A stretch of 63,781 bases of DNA, the filler included, from Octopus bimaculoides (Eukaryota), in assembly GCF_001194135.2 (NCBI RefSeq). It is 5 parts of 5 records of this genome, joined end to end, with 100 filler letters (N's around TTAATTAATTAA, not from the genome) between each part and the next. Parts side by side here need not be neighbours in the genome. Positions count along the whole stretch, not along the records: positions 30,759 to 61,377 come from NC_068988.1; positions 61,478 to 63,781 come from NC_068996.1; 3 more parts are not named here. The stretch is one strand, 5' to 3'. Made by a program: the position numbers and the translations under genes. This document shows, one piece after another, positions 52,809 to 63,781 of this stretch. Below the pieces are notes generated by a model, which was not told the DNA's origin, made no database searches, and saw nothing but the letters and a program-made list of their open reading frames with translations. Every line of letters begins with the position of its first letter. Within the stretch, counting starts at the first letter, position 1.

Positions 52809-52975
52809 ATAATAATAATAATAATAATAATAACAACAACAACAACAACAATAGCGAAAAATACCTTAGGAAAAATACCCAGGTTCGAAATTACTGGCGG
52901 GTATATCAGCCGAAACGTAAAGAAGATGAGATCAAATATCCGTTAAATGTAAATAATTTAAATAATGTAAACAAT
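52679..52975 (+). mobile_element. Second, inverted copy of the tRNA-headed/hammerhead element with deletions in the ribozyme
   Basis: gggcatatggcgtagtggttaagagc head, (TAC)n(TAA)n(CAA)n, ataccttagg...gggtatatcagccgaaacgt; CUGAUGA and both stem I strands are missing. Confidence 0.75.
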
Positions 52976-52982
52976 AAAGAGA

Positions 52983-53166
52983 CAAGGTCTGAAACTTTGT
53001 GGTGGGGGGACTAATCAATTATGTCGACCCCAGCGTTTCACTGGTACTACTCGGAAAGGATTAGAGGCAAAATCGACACCGGCGGAACTTGAAATCAGGA
53101 CGTAAAGACGGTCAAAACACAGCATTCCTACCGGCGTGCTAACGATTCTGACAGCTCGCCGCCTTA
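52983..53166 (-). mobile_element. SINE family C copy (another partial copy at about 53625-53771)
   Basis: Ends ggcgtgctaacgattctgacagctcgccgcctta, the reverse complement of the family head. Confidence 0.8.
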
Positions 53167-53773
53167 ACATTTATGCCAATAATGATTGTTTCTAATTCAA
53201 GCACACTGTCAGTATTTAGGAGGAAGAGGAATTAGTCGTTTATATCAACCCAAGATCTTTATTATTACCTTATGGATGCATGAAATGCAAAATTGCTATC
53301 GTTGTCATTCGAAAACTTTTTACCTCAACGTAAAAGGCCATAGGAAATAATGTAAAACATTTTTTTCGAAGATATGCCGATTCTGTCATGTTGACACTAC
53401 TGCTTAAAACTAGGGAATTAAGCAAAGGAATTTTAAGGGAAGAGGATTGTCGATAGAGATGACCTCATTACTAGCTGCATACATTATTTCTATCGAATTT
53501 GAAGGGATGAGAGGCAGAAATATCGACGACTGAATTTGCACGCAAATCGAGAAGAGCCAGGCTAGGCCTGCTCTAACGATTATGCTCTCTTATAATTATG
53601 GTTTCGTTTTTTTCGGAATAGGCAGGAGAGTAACTGGTACTTACTTCATCGACTCCGAAGGGTTGAAAAGCACAGTCACTCTCGGTGTAATATGAAATCA
53701 GAAAGTAGCGACGGGCAAAATACAACTAAGCATTTCGTCCAGCGTGCTAACGATTCTGCCAGCTCGCTACCTC

Positions 53774-53876
<103 letters not shown>

Positions 53877-54204
53877 GCACAGCTGACAACAAGGTGTGCG
53901 ATAAGGAGGGGAAAAAATCGATCGATATCACAGTTTAGCTTGGGAGCTTACTACTAGTGAAAGAGGTAGTAGTAGTACTATTAACTATCGGAGACCTGGG
54001 AACAGTAAGTAAAAATCTTGAGCAGTACATGGAACAAATATGGGCTCCAATAAGGGTGGTGCACTTACAGAAAGCAGCACTGCTTGGAACCGTTCGAATA
54101 CTCAGAAAGGTACTCGAAAAATAAGGGGTGTTACCTTCGTTCAGTGGTAGGAAACAGCTGACACCGTAGTACATCTCCAGCGTTAGAAGCTGTGCAATGG
54201 CAAT
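53877..54204 (+). mobile_element. R4/Dong-clade retrotransposon 3' end (end of restriction-like endonuclease region plus 3' UTR), 5'-truncated
   Basis: ADNKVCDKEGKK.DRYHSLAWEL / VVVVLLTIGDLGTVSKNLEQYMEQIWAPIRVVHLQKAALLGTVRILRKVLEK* (stop 54122-54124) matches the R4 terminus (IGALGTV, LQK.ALLGT.RILRKVL). (AAT)n lies directly upstream. Confidence 0.85.
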
Positions 54205-54209
54205 GATTA

Positions 54210-54285
<76 letters not shown>

Positions 54286-54354
54286 TTTATTTTTATTTTT
54301 ATTTTTATTTTTATTTTTATTATTATTATTATTATTATTAACAACAACAACAAC

Positions 54355-54422
<68 letters not shown>

Positions 54423-55127
54423 TAATAATGCTGCAACAATAACGCCTGGAATGTAGGTAGCACAGTTGGTTAAGGCATTAAGATATAACATGAGACGCAT
54501 ATTTTCCCTTCTCTACTAATCGGATCAAAAATACAATAAAGGAAACAAAAATAAAAGAACTTCGCTTTTTGAGAGGTTTCTTTTCTTTCGGATGCCTCCC
54601 CTTCTCCCTCAGTGTTGTATAATTTGTGCGTCACGTCAGTAAACCAACGCTATTAGTTCGATAATGGGTCATTATTCTTCCCGTCATTCCATTATGTCAG
54701 TTGAGAGCAGAGCTACGTGAAAACTAAGTAGCAAAATATTTATAAATCTCTGTGGAAAAATTACATGGATTATAGTTTTCCATTGGATATTGTCCTCATT
54801 CATCAAACAGTAACTACTTGATGGAGGAGGGTTAAGTCATCTCGTAACGATATGTTGACGATGATATGCATATATCTATATGCGTGTGTGTGTATGTGTG
54901 TTTGTGTATGTGCGTGCCCCTGCGCACGTGTGCGTATGTGTATGCACGCATACATATACAAACGCGCGATCACTAGCGCGCTCCCCCCCAGCACACACAC
55001 AAACATGCGAGCACGAACGCGCACACTCAAGCTAACATACATCTATATGTGTTGAGGTAATGTGTGTTTGCATATACAGACGTTTCATATGAATATGCAA
55101 AGGTATGAACATAAACATATATACGTC

Positions 55128-55180
<53 letters not shown>

Positions 55181-58100
55181 TCATATATGTCTGTGTGTGT
55201 GTGTGTGTTTCATTACACCGGTTTTCATTTATCTTCATTTTAGATATTTTACCGATTCTTTCATTTTCTTTTAGGTACTTTGCAACAATAACGTCTTTCA
55301 AATTTATATTCGAACTTTTCCAACGTTCACAGTCCTTTTTCAAACTTTGAATAAGTTTGGCAAATGCCTAGTTGCTTACGTACTGACGTATTTGATGCAT
55401 TTCCCTTTATCTTTAGCTTCTACGTGAGGTACTAGCCGTTGATTCGTTTTTAATGGTCAAACCTCAAAAGTCACGTGATAACCTTTTGATGAGTGCGTTG
55501 TGACCGCGTTGATTTCAGCATTGAATGGCGTTATGAATTTGGCTTCCATAATTAAGTGTCAATTTTCATAGATCATTTTTGTAAATTCTTGGGACGCATA
55601 CGAGAGAATGATATACTAGTATATCTAAGATAACAACTAGTATCCTGAATGCTGTAGTTTTAGATTTAGAGTAAAAGTTATAAAAATTGCATTTGTCATG
55701 CTGTTAGATTTACATGCTTGAGTTGTTATAAAGATTCCGTGTATTTCTAGTATATCATTAGATTTAGATTATGACAAGGCTTTAAATCAGCGACCTACCA
55801 GAACTGTTAACATGCCGGGCGTAGCGGTATTACATCCGTCTTTACGTCGAGGGTTCAAATGCCGCAGAGGTTGACTTTACCTGTTATCCTTTCTGGGCCC
55901 ATAAATTAAATAACAGTTAATGACTAGAATCGATGTGAGCGACTCACGCCCTCTCTTAAAATTGCTGCCTTTGCACCAACATTTTAAACCAATATTATGA
56001 CAGGGCTTGATGCATTTTGTGTAATTACGTATTGCAAATGATCAGTTCATAATTCTTAAAAGTTATGTAAGCCATACTTTCAGCAAAATCACTCAATTTA
56101 TATCGCTGCTTCCTTCATGGAATGCATTGTGATCTGTGAACATCACAGACCTACATTGGATATGACAGTAGCCAATGTGTCAGTATTTTCCTTTTTTGAA
56201 GACATCAGGATGTTATAAAAGGAAGATAGTATTCCTGTACAGAAGATGCAGAATTTGATAGAAAAACAGATGAATGTATGCAGGTTTACGAATACTGCTT
56301 TGCAATGACGCAAATTTCCACAACCCACTCGTCCAGTGTTTTCAAGCGTAACTTCGGTCAAAACTATAAATTAAAATGAAATATGGCGGAAACATTTCAT
56401 AGGAAGACACCCCGGGCACGTTGCATACAATTACTGCATTACCCATGGGTCTCTTTAGCAATTTTGCAGGAATTCCAGCTTTGCTGATAATTTTCCAACA
56501 GTTAAGAGCAACCCTGAAGTCAATGTTAAGTTATGTGAATGTCGTGCTAATGTAATTTGGAATACTTTGTCAATTAAATCTGAAAATGGGTCGTGTGTTT
56601 CGAAGGTATGCTCGGGCAATGCAGCAGGAACTACATCAACAGCTATCTCTCTATCGATATATAATTACATATACGTAGACTCGTATGCAAAATGCATCAT
56701 ATATATATATGTGTGTATATATGTGTGTATGTATGTGCGTGTGTGCTTGCACATTCATTTATATATATATATATATACACATATCCATTTACATGTATTT
56801 TCATATAGTGTTTTGTTGTGGAACTGAACTCGCAAGTTTATGAAGTATATAAGAGGGTTTCATGTCATCGACTTTTCTAAACGACTGTTGCTGGTCTATA
56901 ATAGATATGCAAAATTTGCACATTTGTCTGCTTTGAACATACCTCATTAACAAGACTACAATCAATACTACTGTACGATTACAATAATACCGACAATTTA
57001 GGGGAAGTACTATGAAGATGCATAAAACGTGTTGCATTCATTGAGGCCTATACAAAACCTCATAAATACCTTAGAAACGAGAAAGTGAATTAAAATTCTA
57101 TCACGCCTTTTTAATTATAATGCAACATTTTCTTTCTATTCATCAATTTCTTTGATCTACAAATGTTCTTTCTTGTAGCTGTTGAATGTAATTTAGAGAA
57201 CTTTCCCTTTGGCAGCAACTATTTAGAAAAAAAGTGTGATTATGTAATGTTTTTAAAGGACTGCGATTCTTGTGATTTTCTTTAATTACATACAGAAATT
57301 AAAACTATTTCGGCCGGTGTTGAAGAATGAAGAAACGATACATGTTGAGACAAGAACTTAGACCATAAGATGTAGTTATTTATGCCACCATATTTAGCTC
57401 GGGAAAACACAAACTAATGTTCCCATTATAATATTCAGATACATATATTGCAGAGCCAAACCTCTCTATTCCCTGTTTATATTTTCATAGTCTTCTTTAA
57501 GTGCAAGTTTGAGAATTTCATTGCCAATGATATTATCGATTTTGTATAAAATTCAGAAACGTTGGTCGGATCTAAAGTTTCATGTTTTTTTCTAAATTTG
57601 GAAACGTCTCAGTTGACAAGACGTGTTGCATAATTTTGTGAAAGGCATGGAAGGAATCTACATTTTCTTTTTTGTAAATTCTTGTAACTTCTTTTGGGAA
57701 ATTGCTGCAGAATTTTACATCAAAATAATGTCTACAGTGGTCCTGTAATTGAGATCTATGTTGAAAGATAATTTACATTAACGTTACATATATTGCTAGG
57801 TTATAATACCTGTCTTAACATAGAGTTTGGAAGAATCATTTTCAATCCAATGCTGATGGAATTTCTCTTAACTTCTGAATTTCAAATGTTCCTGCCTGGA
57901 ATTAAAATTTCAGTTTTTACATCATGAAAAGTGTGAGAAAACAAATGCAAAATACATTTCTATCTAAAGGCTTTGTAATTCCACTAATTTCTTAAAGTTA
58001 TGGGAATGAGAATTATAACTGTTTCCTGCCCTATATTAAGTATGTGTAACCCGATACAATTACACCATTCATTATTTCATCTCTGATAACTAAAATCCTT

Positions 58101-58450
58101 GTTGTCACCGAGGAATAGTGGACTATTAAATGATGAATTTTATATATTAATTAAACAAGTACAGCATAGGATTTAAAAAAAAATCTATAATTTGTAGTAA
58201 ATTATCCACGTATTGGTACCAAATGTACAACATTTATCGTGATAAGAGTAAATAAAACCAAAGTTGTACAAGCGTACCAAATTCGCAGTCTTGGATGCAG
58301 TAAATTTATCTCTGAAAAGTATTTCGGTAAACTTCAAAGTTAAGCTAGAAATATTAACCTACATATGCTCTCTGTTAATTCCTGTATCAGCCTTGTTTTG
58401 GGCAGTTACAGTGTTTCAATGAAGCTTTGAAATTTACAAGGAGATGACTT

Positions 58451-58498
<48 letters not shown>

Positions 58499-60469
58499 AA
58501 TGTATGTATGTATATATGTGTATGTATATACATACATACATATATACATACATACACATGCATATATGTGTATGTATGTAAGTATGTATTTGTTTGTGTG
58601 TGTGAATGTATATTTGTACGTTTGTTGTAAAGCTTGTGTCTAAACGACCGAATAGACCAAGAGACGCAAAGAAAAGGTGAAAAATTCTGGTGCGATAGAT
58701 AAAACTAGGAGGAGAGCAAGAACGTGAAAGAAGCGGAGGGAGCAACTTTGTTAATTATTTGCAAGATTGAGTTCAGAGCTAAAGATAAAACGAAACAATT
58801 TTTTAGTTATTGAAAGATTTATGCAGTGTGGTATTGAAAAAAAATTATCCTAACCCGACAAATATCAGCTATATTACGGTTTAGTTTCATTACTTAAAAA
58901 ATTACTTTATTTAGAATTCAGAAATATATGAATAAATAAATAAATAAATACAATCATCTAATTAGTTCATAATCTAAGTAAATGTTTCAAGATGACAACG
59001 TAAAGGACAACAAATTTAATTTAGGTTAGTTGTAATAAGATGTGATATGGTTTAGTATTAAACAAACGTATCAGCGCTGTTTTTCAGCAGCGCCCTATAA
59101 TGGGTTATTGGGGAAGAACTAACACAAAAAGAAAAGAAAAAATATCAGTTAAGAATTATATTTGACATTTTAAACAATAAACAGGACGGAGATAATTTAA
59201 CTACAACAAGAGTCTTTCCTTTTATTTTGCTTTTATTTTTTGCATTTTTGTCAAAAAAAAATTGAGGTAAAATGGAATCAAGGAAATAATGACTAATAGA
59301 GATTAAATTAGTATCTGCTTCTTCAAAGAACTGAGAGCACTATTATATATTAAAGCGAGAGGAGATATCGTTTTAAATATGAGAATGCCGAAATCGTTAA
59401 TTATCTTATATTCATTACTCCATTTGTGTGTTTTTGAAACTACGGTGTCTTTTTCTTTGCGTGAATCTCGAAGAGAAGCAATTTGGAGAAGTTCTGTGAG
59501 ATTAATTTAGCGTAAAAATTGTAATTGCAAGCGTGATGATGACAACCACTTTGTTCTGTCTTTGCTTTTAAACTAATTAAATAAATTTAACAGGCTGACT
59601 CATTTAACTGGCATTCTTTTCAATTAGACATCTGCACTCTTTAAATGTTTTGTGAAGCTTTTTTGTTTGTTCTGTAACATTTTTTTTCATGCTTCTTCCC
59701 TCGTCTCAATATGTAATGAGAAACGTACGTATCGTTAAAATATTTTAAACCCCAGATGGTTTCCTCATTCGTGTACTTCTAAGTATAGATGGACTGGGAT
59801 GCTTTGCAGAGTATCCATGCATAACCAGCTAATATCGGCCATTGACATAGAATATAAAGGTTAGATCTGCATATATGTTTGGACACAGAGGGATGGTAAT
59901 GATTGCTTTAATTTTGATAACACGCTTTAATTCCTAGCCTACATCATACGCAAATAATCATAGAATGGTCTTCAAAAACTATCAGACTCAAGTATAATAC
60001 ACACACACACACAAACATGAACACACACATACACACACATATATCTTCCATTATTCAGATAAGCTTTGTGTTATTATTTTTAGGAATATTGACCTTTCCA
60101 GGAAAGGATATCATATACGGAAATTGATTTAGCCCATATAAATGCCTCTCGTGATATTTTTACAAAATCAGGTGCATTGTGCAGCGAGTATGCAATGTAT
60201 GTAAGAAATTATCTATAAATCTACTATATCAATATAAAGAAGATTCTATATATATTTTGTAAAAAAATATATATATATTCACGTTTGCTTAATGCGTGAA
60301 ATAGATTTATCCGGTTAAGAACTTCGTATTGAAACAGAGAAGTTACGAATTCAGTCCATCTTCATAGCCATTGGGTCATTTTTCGTAATAATCTCAATAT
60401 TCTTCATATTACTCTCAAAATTGCTCCTGTATTCTGAGAGAAAGTGGAATGACGGAACATTTTCAAAAG

Positions 60470-60655
60470 TGAGTTGTACTTGCATTTCAAAGGGCCGGCC
60501 TTGTCACATTCTGACATTCTGTGTCACGCTGAATCTCTCTGAGAACTACGTTAGGAGTAAACCTGTCTGTGCATTGCTCAGCCACTTGCATGTTAATTTC
60601 ACGAGCAAGCTGTTGATCGTATCAGCTAGCACCCTCGTCGTCGTAACCGACGGAG
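60470..60655 (+). mobile_element. SINE subfamily A, 3' body only
   Basis: aaagggccggccttgtcacattctg...gagaactacgttagg...tgctcagccacttgcatgttaatttcacgagc matches 4960-5090. Confidence 0.75.
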
Positions 60656-61343
60656 AGATCTCTTTATAAATATATATAATATTTTCCCGGATGATAATAG
60701 TTCTTTCGTTCAGGGCATTAGTCCTTAGGTTTCCAAGCTTTTTTTTTTTTTCTTATCATACTTTATTCATACTGTATTCCTTTCATTTCCGTATGAATAT
60801 ATATGAATAAAAATCATTAGAAGATTCAATTTCTTTTCATTCGTATGATTATGTACTCATTACTCCCTCTCTATATATCTCAGTAACCATCGCCCTAGAT
60901 TCATAGAGACGAAAGGAACGGAATACTAACGAATTTACGCTTGTAAACTTATATTTCTAAATTTGAATTGGCGAGTGTAAGGAATAAAATATAAATTAGA
61001 AAACGAAATTAATATAAAATGATCACAAAGAAGAAAACTAAAGGTACTAATTTTAAATATCTAAATATTTAATTATCATCCACTAATGAATTTCTGATGA
61101 CATAATATAATAATGTGTATTAATACACCCCATATTCTTCAATTGTATACCCGAAATATGGTCTTTTGCGACAGAAGCAGCTCTCTGGTTACATTTTTAA
61201 AATAATGTATATTAGCATAACATTTGGTCAATTTATATGATGACATTTATTGAACTCCGTCTATTAAATTGATTCTTCAAATGAATTTACACACACACAC
61301 ACACGCATCTATATATATACATACATACGTATATCTATCTATC

Positions 61344-61377
<34 letters not shown>

Positions 61378-61477
61378 NNNNNNNNNNNNNNNNNNNNNNN
61401 NNNNNNNNNNNNNNNNNNNNNTTAATTAATTAANNNNNNNNNNNNNNNNNNNNNNNNNNNNNNNNNNNNNNNNNNNN
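61378..61477. other. Artificial scaffold linker 4
   Basis: 44 N + TTAATTAATTAA (61422-61433) + 44 N. Confidence 0.95.
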
Positions 61478-61955
61478 TATATATATACATATACATCTCT
61501 CTCTCTCTCTCTTTCTCTCTCTCTGAAAGTATCTGTCATTACAGTCTCGAAATGTGATTGTTTCAGTTAGAGGAATAACGTGTACATATACATCTATACG
61601 TATACATATACATCTCTCTCTCTTTCTTTCTCTTTCTCTTTCTCTCTCTCTGAAAGTATCTGTCATTACAGTATCGAAATGTGATTGTTTCAGTTAGTGG
61701 AATAGTTTCATTTTTAAAGTGAAAGTATTTCACATGAGTGTTTTTGTTTCACTTTCGACACGTAGGAGATATTATGTTGCCGTGGGCTCGAACTCTGGAA
61801 GAAGTTAAAAAATTTTTTTGACTAAAACACAACTGGAACCCTAAGTAAGGCATCTGTAAAATTTGAATGAAATTGGTTGCATAGTTCTCGAGTTTTAGGG
61901 ATTCACACACACACACAGACAGACAGACACACATTCTCATTTTTATATATATAGA
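61478..61955 (-). mobile_element. Helitron, 5' part (same family as 7339-8410), with internal tandem duplication; cut by linker 4
   Basis: Reverse complement starts A|TCTATATATATAAAAATGAGAATG and is highly similar to 7339-7690; a unit of about 110 bp (atacatctc...gattgtttcagttag) is duplicated. Confidence 0.88.
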
Positions 61956-62879
61956 TTACTATCATTGTTTTTGCCTACCACTTTTGTGGTACAGCCAGAG
62001 CAACAATTAACCACCTCATCTTTTAATGCTCTGTGTTTGTCTTGAATGAACATATCAATTGCCATGTTAGACTTGGTCAGTATTTGCACTGGATTATATG
62101 CCATTAAGTTTGGACTCCCATATGAGAAGAACTGGTGGGAGAAGGGCTAGTTGAACATGTCCCCTAGTGACTAACAATATGTGCATCTCTGATCACAAGT
62201 AGGAGTAGTGGAGGAGAATCATAGCCATGTGTTGAGAAAGATTCTTTGGTGGTATGAGTAATTCACCCTTGAAAATGTGAATGTTTTGTTTATCATCCTT
62301 AAACAGCCCTCATTTAGAGACCTTTTGAGCAGAATGGGCTACCCTACCTGGAGAAAATTCTAACTGGACCCCTCCTGCAAGATCATGCATTGTTTATTTT
62401 GATGAAATGAGATCATGTCACATACATATGGTTGTAATGCATGTGCTTGGTGTACCTCTATTAGACAGGTTGTCACAATGGATATATTGGGCTTTGTATA
62501 TTTGTACCCCAATGTCTCTTGTCACTTTGATGGTGTATGCTGCTCTTTCACTCGATAATACTAATAATCAACCTGTGGCGCATGATAAATATGAGTTGAG
62601 GACAGTGCAGAATGGGTAGGGGAAGGAACAATGGAATAGTATAATTAAACAAGTTGATAAGAAAAGGATGAGAACAGATGAGGAGAAAAAAGAAAGAGAA
62701 AGAAATGACCTGTGGTTCAATAGTGTTGCAGGAGAAAAGGTGTAGTGCATGGAGATAGTGAGAGTGGTGGAGAAGGAGAGATGATATGGTGAGTCAGAAG
62801 AATGATCAATATAAAATACGGGTGAAGACAATATTAAGAATGAAGGATACCAAGTGAAATGGTTCCAGGTAGAGAGAAT

Positions 62880-63336
62880 AATAAGTATATCAGGGAAAAG
62901 CTGGTGAAGTATGTATGTATGCTGAGCTTTAACTGTGGAGGGTACCTGTGGAAGGGGTAGACCTAGGAAGATGTGGTGAGAAAGGATCTTCAGACAATGG
63001 ATCTCACTGAGGAAATGATAAGAGACTGGGAGATGTGGCAATTTGCTGTATTTAGTAAGACACGTCGAGCTAAGTAGAACTGCTGTCTTCTACACATACA
63101 GGCTTGTCCTTTCAGGTGCCAGTGCCACATGAAAAGCACCTGTACCAATGTTATGTTAAAGCACCCATGTTGGTGCTGCGTAAACACATCCATGAAGGTG
63201 ACATATAAAAAAGCACCCAGCACACTCTCTTAAGTGGTTGGCATTAGGAAGGGTATCCAGCCATAGACACCATGTCACAACAGGCATTTGTAGTTTGGGT
63301 AGCTCCATGTTAAATGACGATGATGATAATGATGAT
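62880..63336 (+). mobile_element. RTE LINE C-terminus and 3' UTR with (GAT)n tail
   Basis: Broken reading LTVEGTCGRGRPRK.W...KDL...DLTEEM..D.E.W.FAVF.KTRRAK*, then aaagcaccca repeats, ggttggcattaggaagggtatccagc and gacgatgatgat. Confidence 0.8.
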
Positions 63337-63468
63337 AATCGCACATGCACACACACACACACGTTTGTTTTTATAATATAATAAAAAACAATTTTACATT
63401 AAATTGATAGATTATTCAATACATTTGGTAGAGTCAGTGACTTTGAAATTTCAACCAGCTAAGTCATC

Positions 63469-63509
<41 letters not shown>

Positions 63510-63611
63510 TTGTTACTTTTTATGCATGTCATTGTTAAATTATATATAGAAATATTATTGTAACATTTTGTACACGTTATCATGGCATTGTATACATATT
63601 ATTATAATATG

Positions 63612-63658
<47 letters not shown>

Positions 63659-63714
63659 ATTTATTAATAAGGGTAGAAATTGATATCAATTCGGATATAT
63701 ATATATTATATATA

Positions 63715-63781
63715 CTAGCAGTTAAGCCCGGTTTCACCCAGTCTGTTTGGATGATGTGACTGTGATTGTTTTCGGTTAGGC
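63715..63781 (-). mobile_element. Probable Helitron 3' end (runs off the right edge)
   Basis: Minus strand ctgggtgaaaccggg (imperfect hairpin), then cttaactgCTAG|T. Confidence 0.5.

Noticed and set aside
57400-57900. Minus-strand coding-looking patches (KIDNIIGNEILKLALKEDYENINRE*)
   Set aside because: Frames are short, interrupted and match no family I can name.

Overview
Eukaryotic, AT-rich, microsatellite-dense animal DNA. The repeat landscape (tRNA-headed SINE families, RTE LINEs, (TAA)n/(TA)n/(CA)n arrays) looks like an octopus genome; this is an inference, not a database result. The window is not one contiguous sequence: four identical artificial 100-bp linkers (44 N + TTAATTAATTAA + 44 N) split it into five pieces (1-10004, 10105-19233, 19334-30658, 30759-61377, 61478-63781). 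Two host genes are clear. (1) Six consecutive internal coding exons of methylmalonyl-CoA mutase (MMUT, + strand, 1111-9060), with both ends missing. (2) The 5' part of a cytosolic HSP90 gene with a ten-pentamer heat-shock element, TATA box, non-coding exon 1 and a coding exon cut by a linker. The rest is transposon debris: RTE LINE pieces (two with PHD-like zinc-finger residues inside the RT region), three R4/Dong-type fragments each abutting (TAA)n, a mariner remnant, Helitrons, a MITE-like element and many SINEs. The most interesting signal is two unrelated head-to-head palindromic elements (12458-12766 and 52344-52975) that carry minimal hammerhead-ribozyme-like motifs of the Penelope-like type. 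One of them is fused to a tRNA-like Pol III head, i.e. a candidate ribozyme-bearing SINE/retrozyme. No CRISPR, rRNA or intact tRNA genes were seen.
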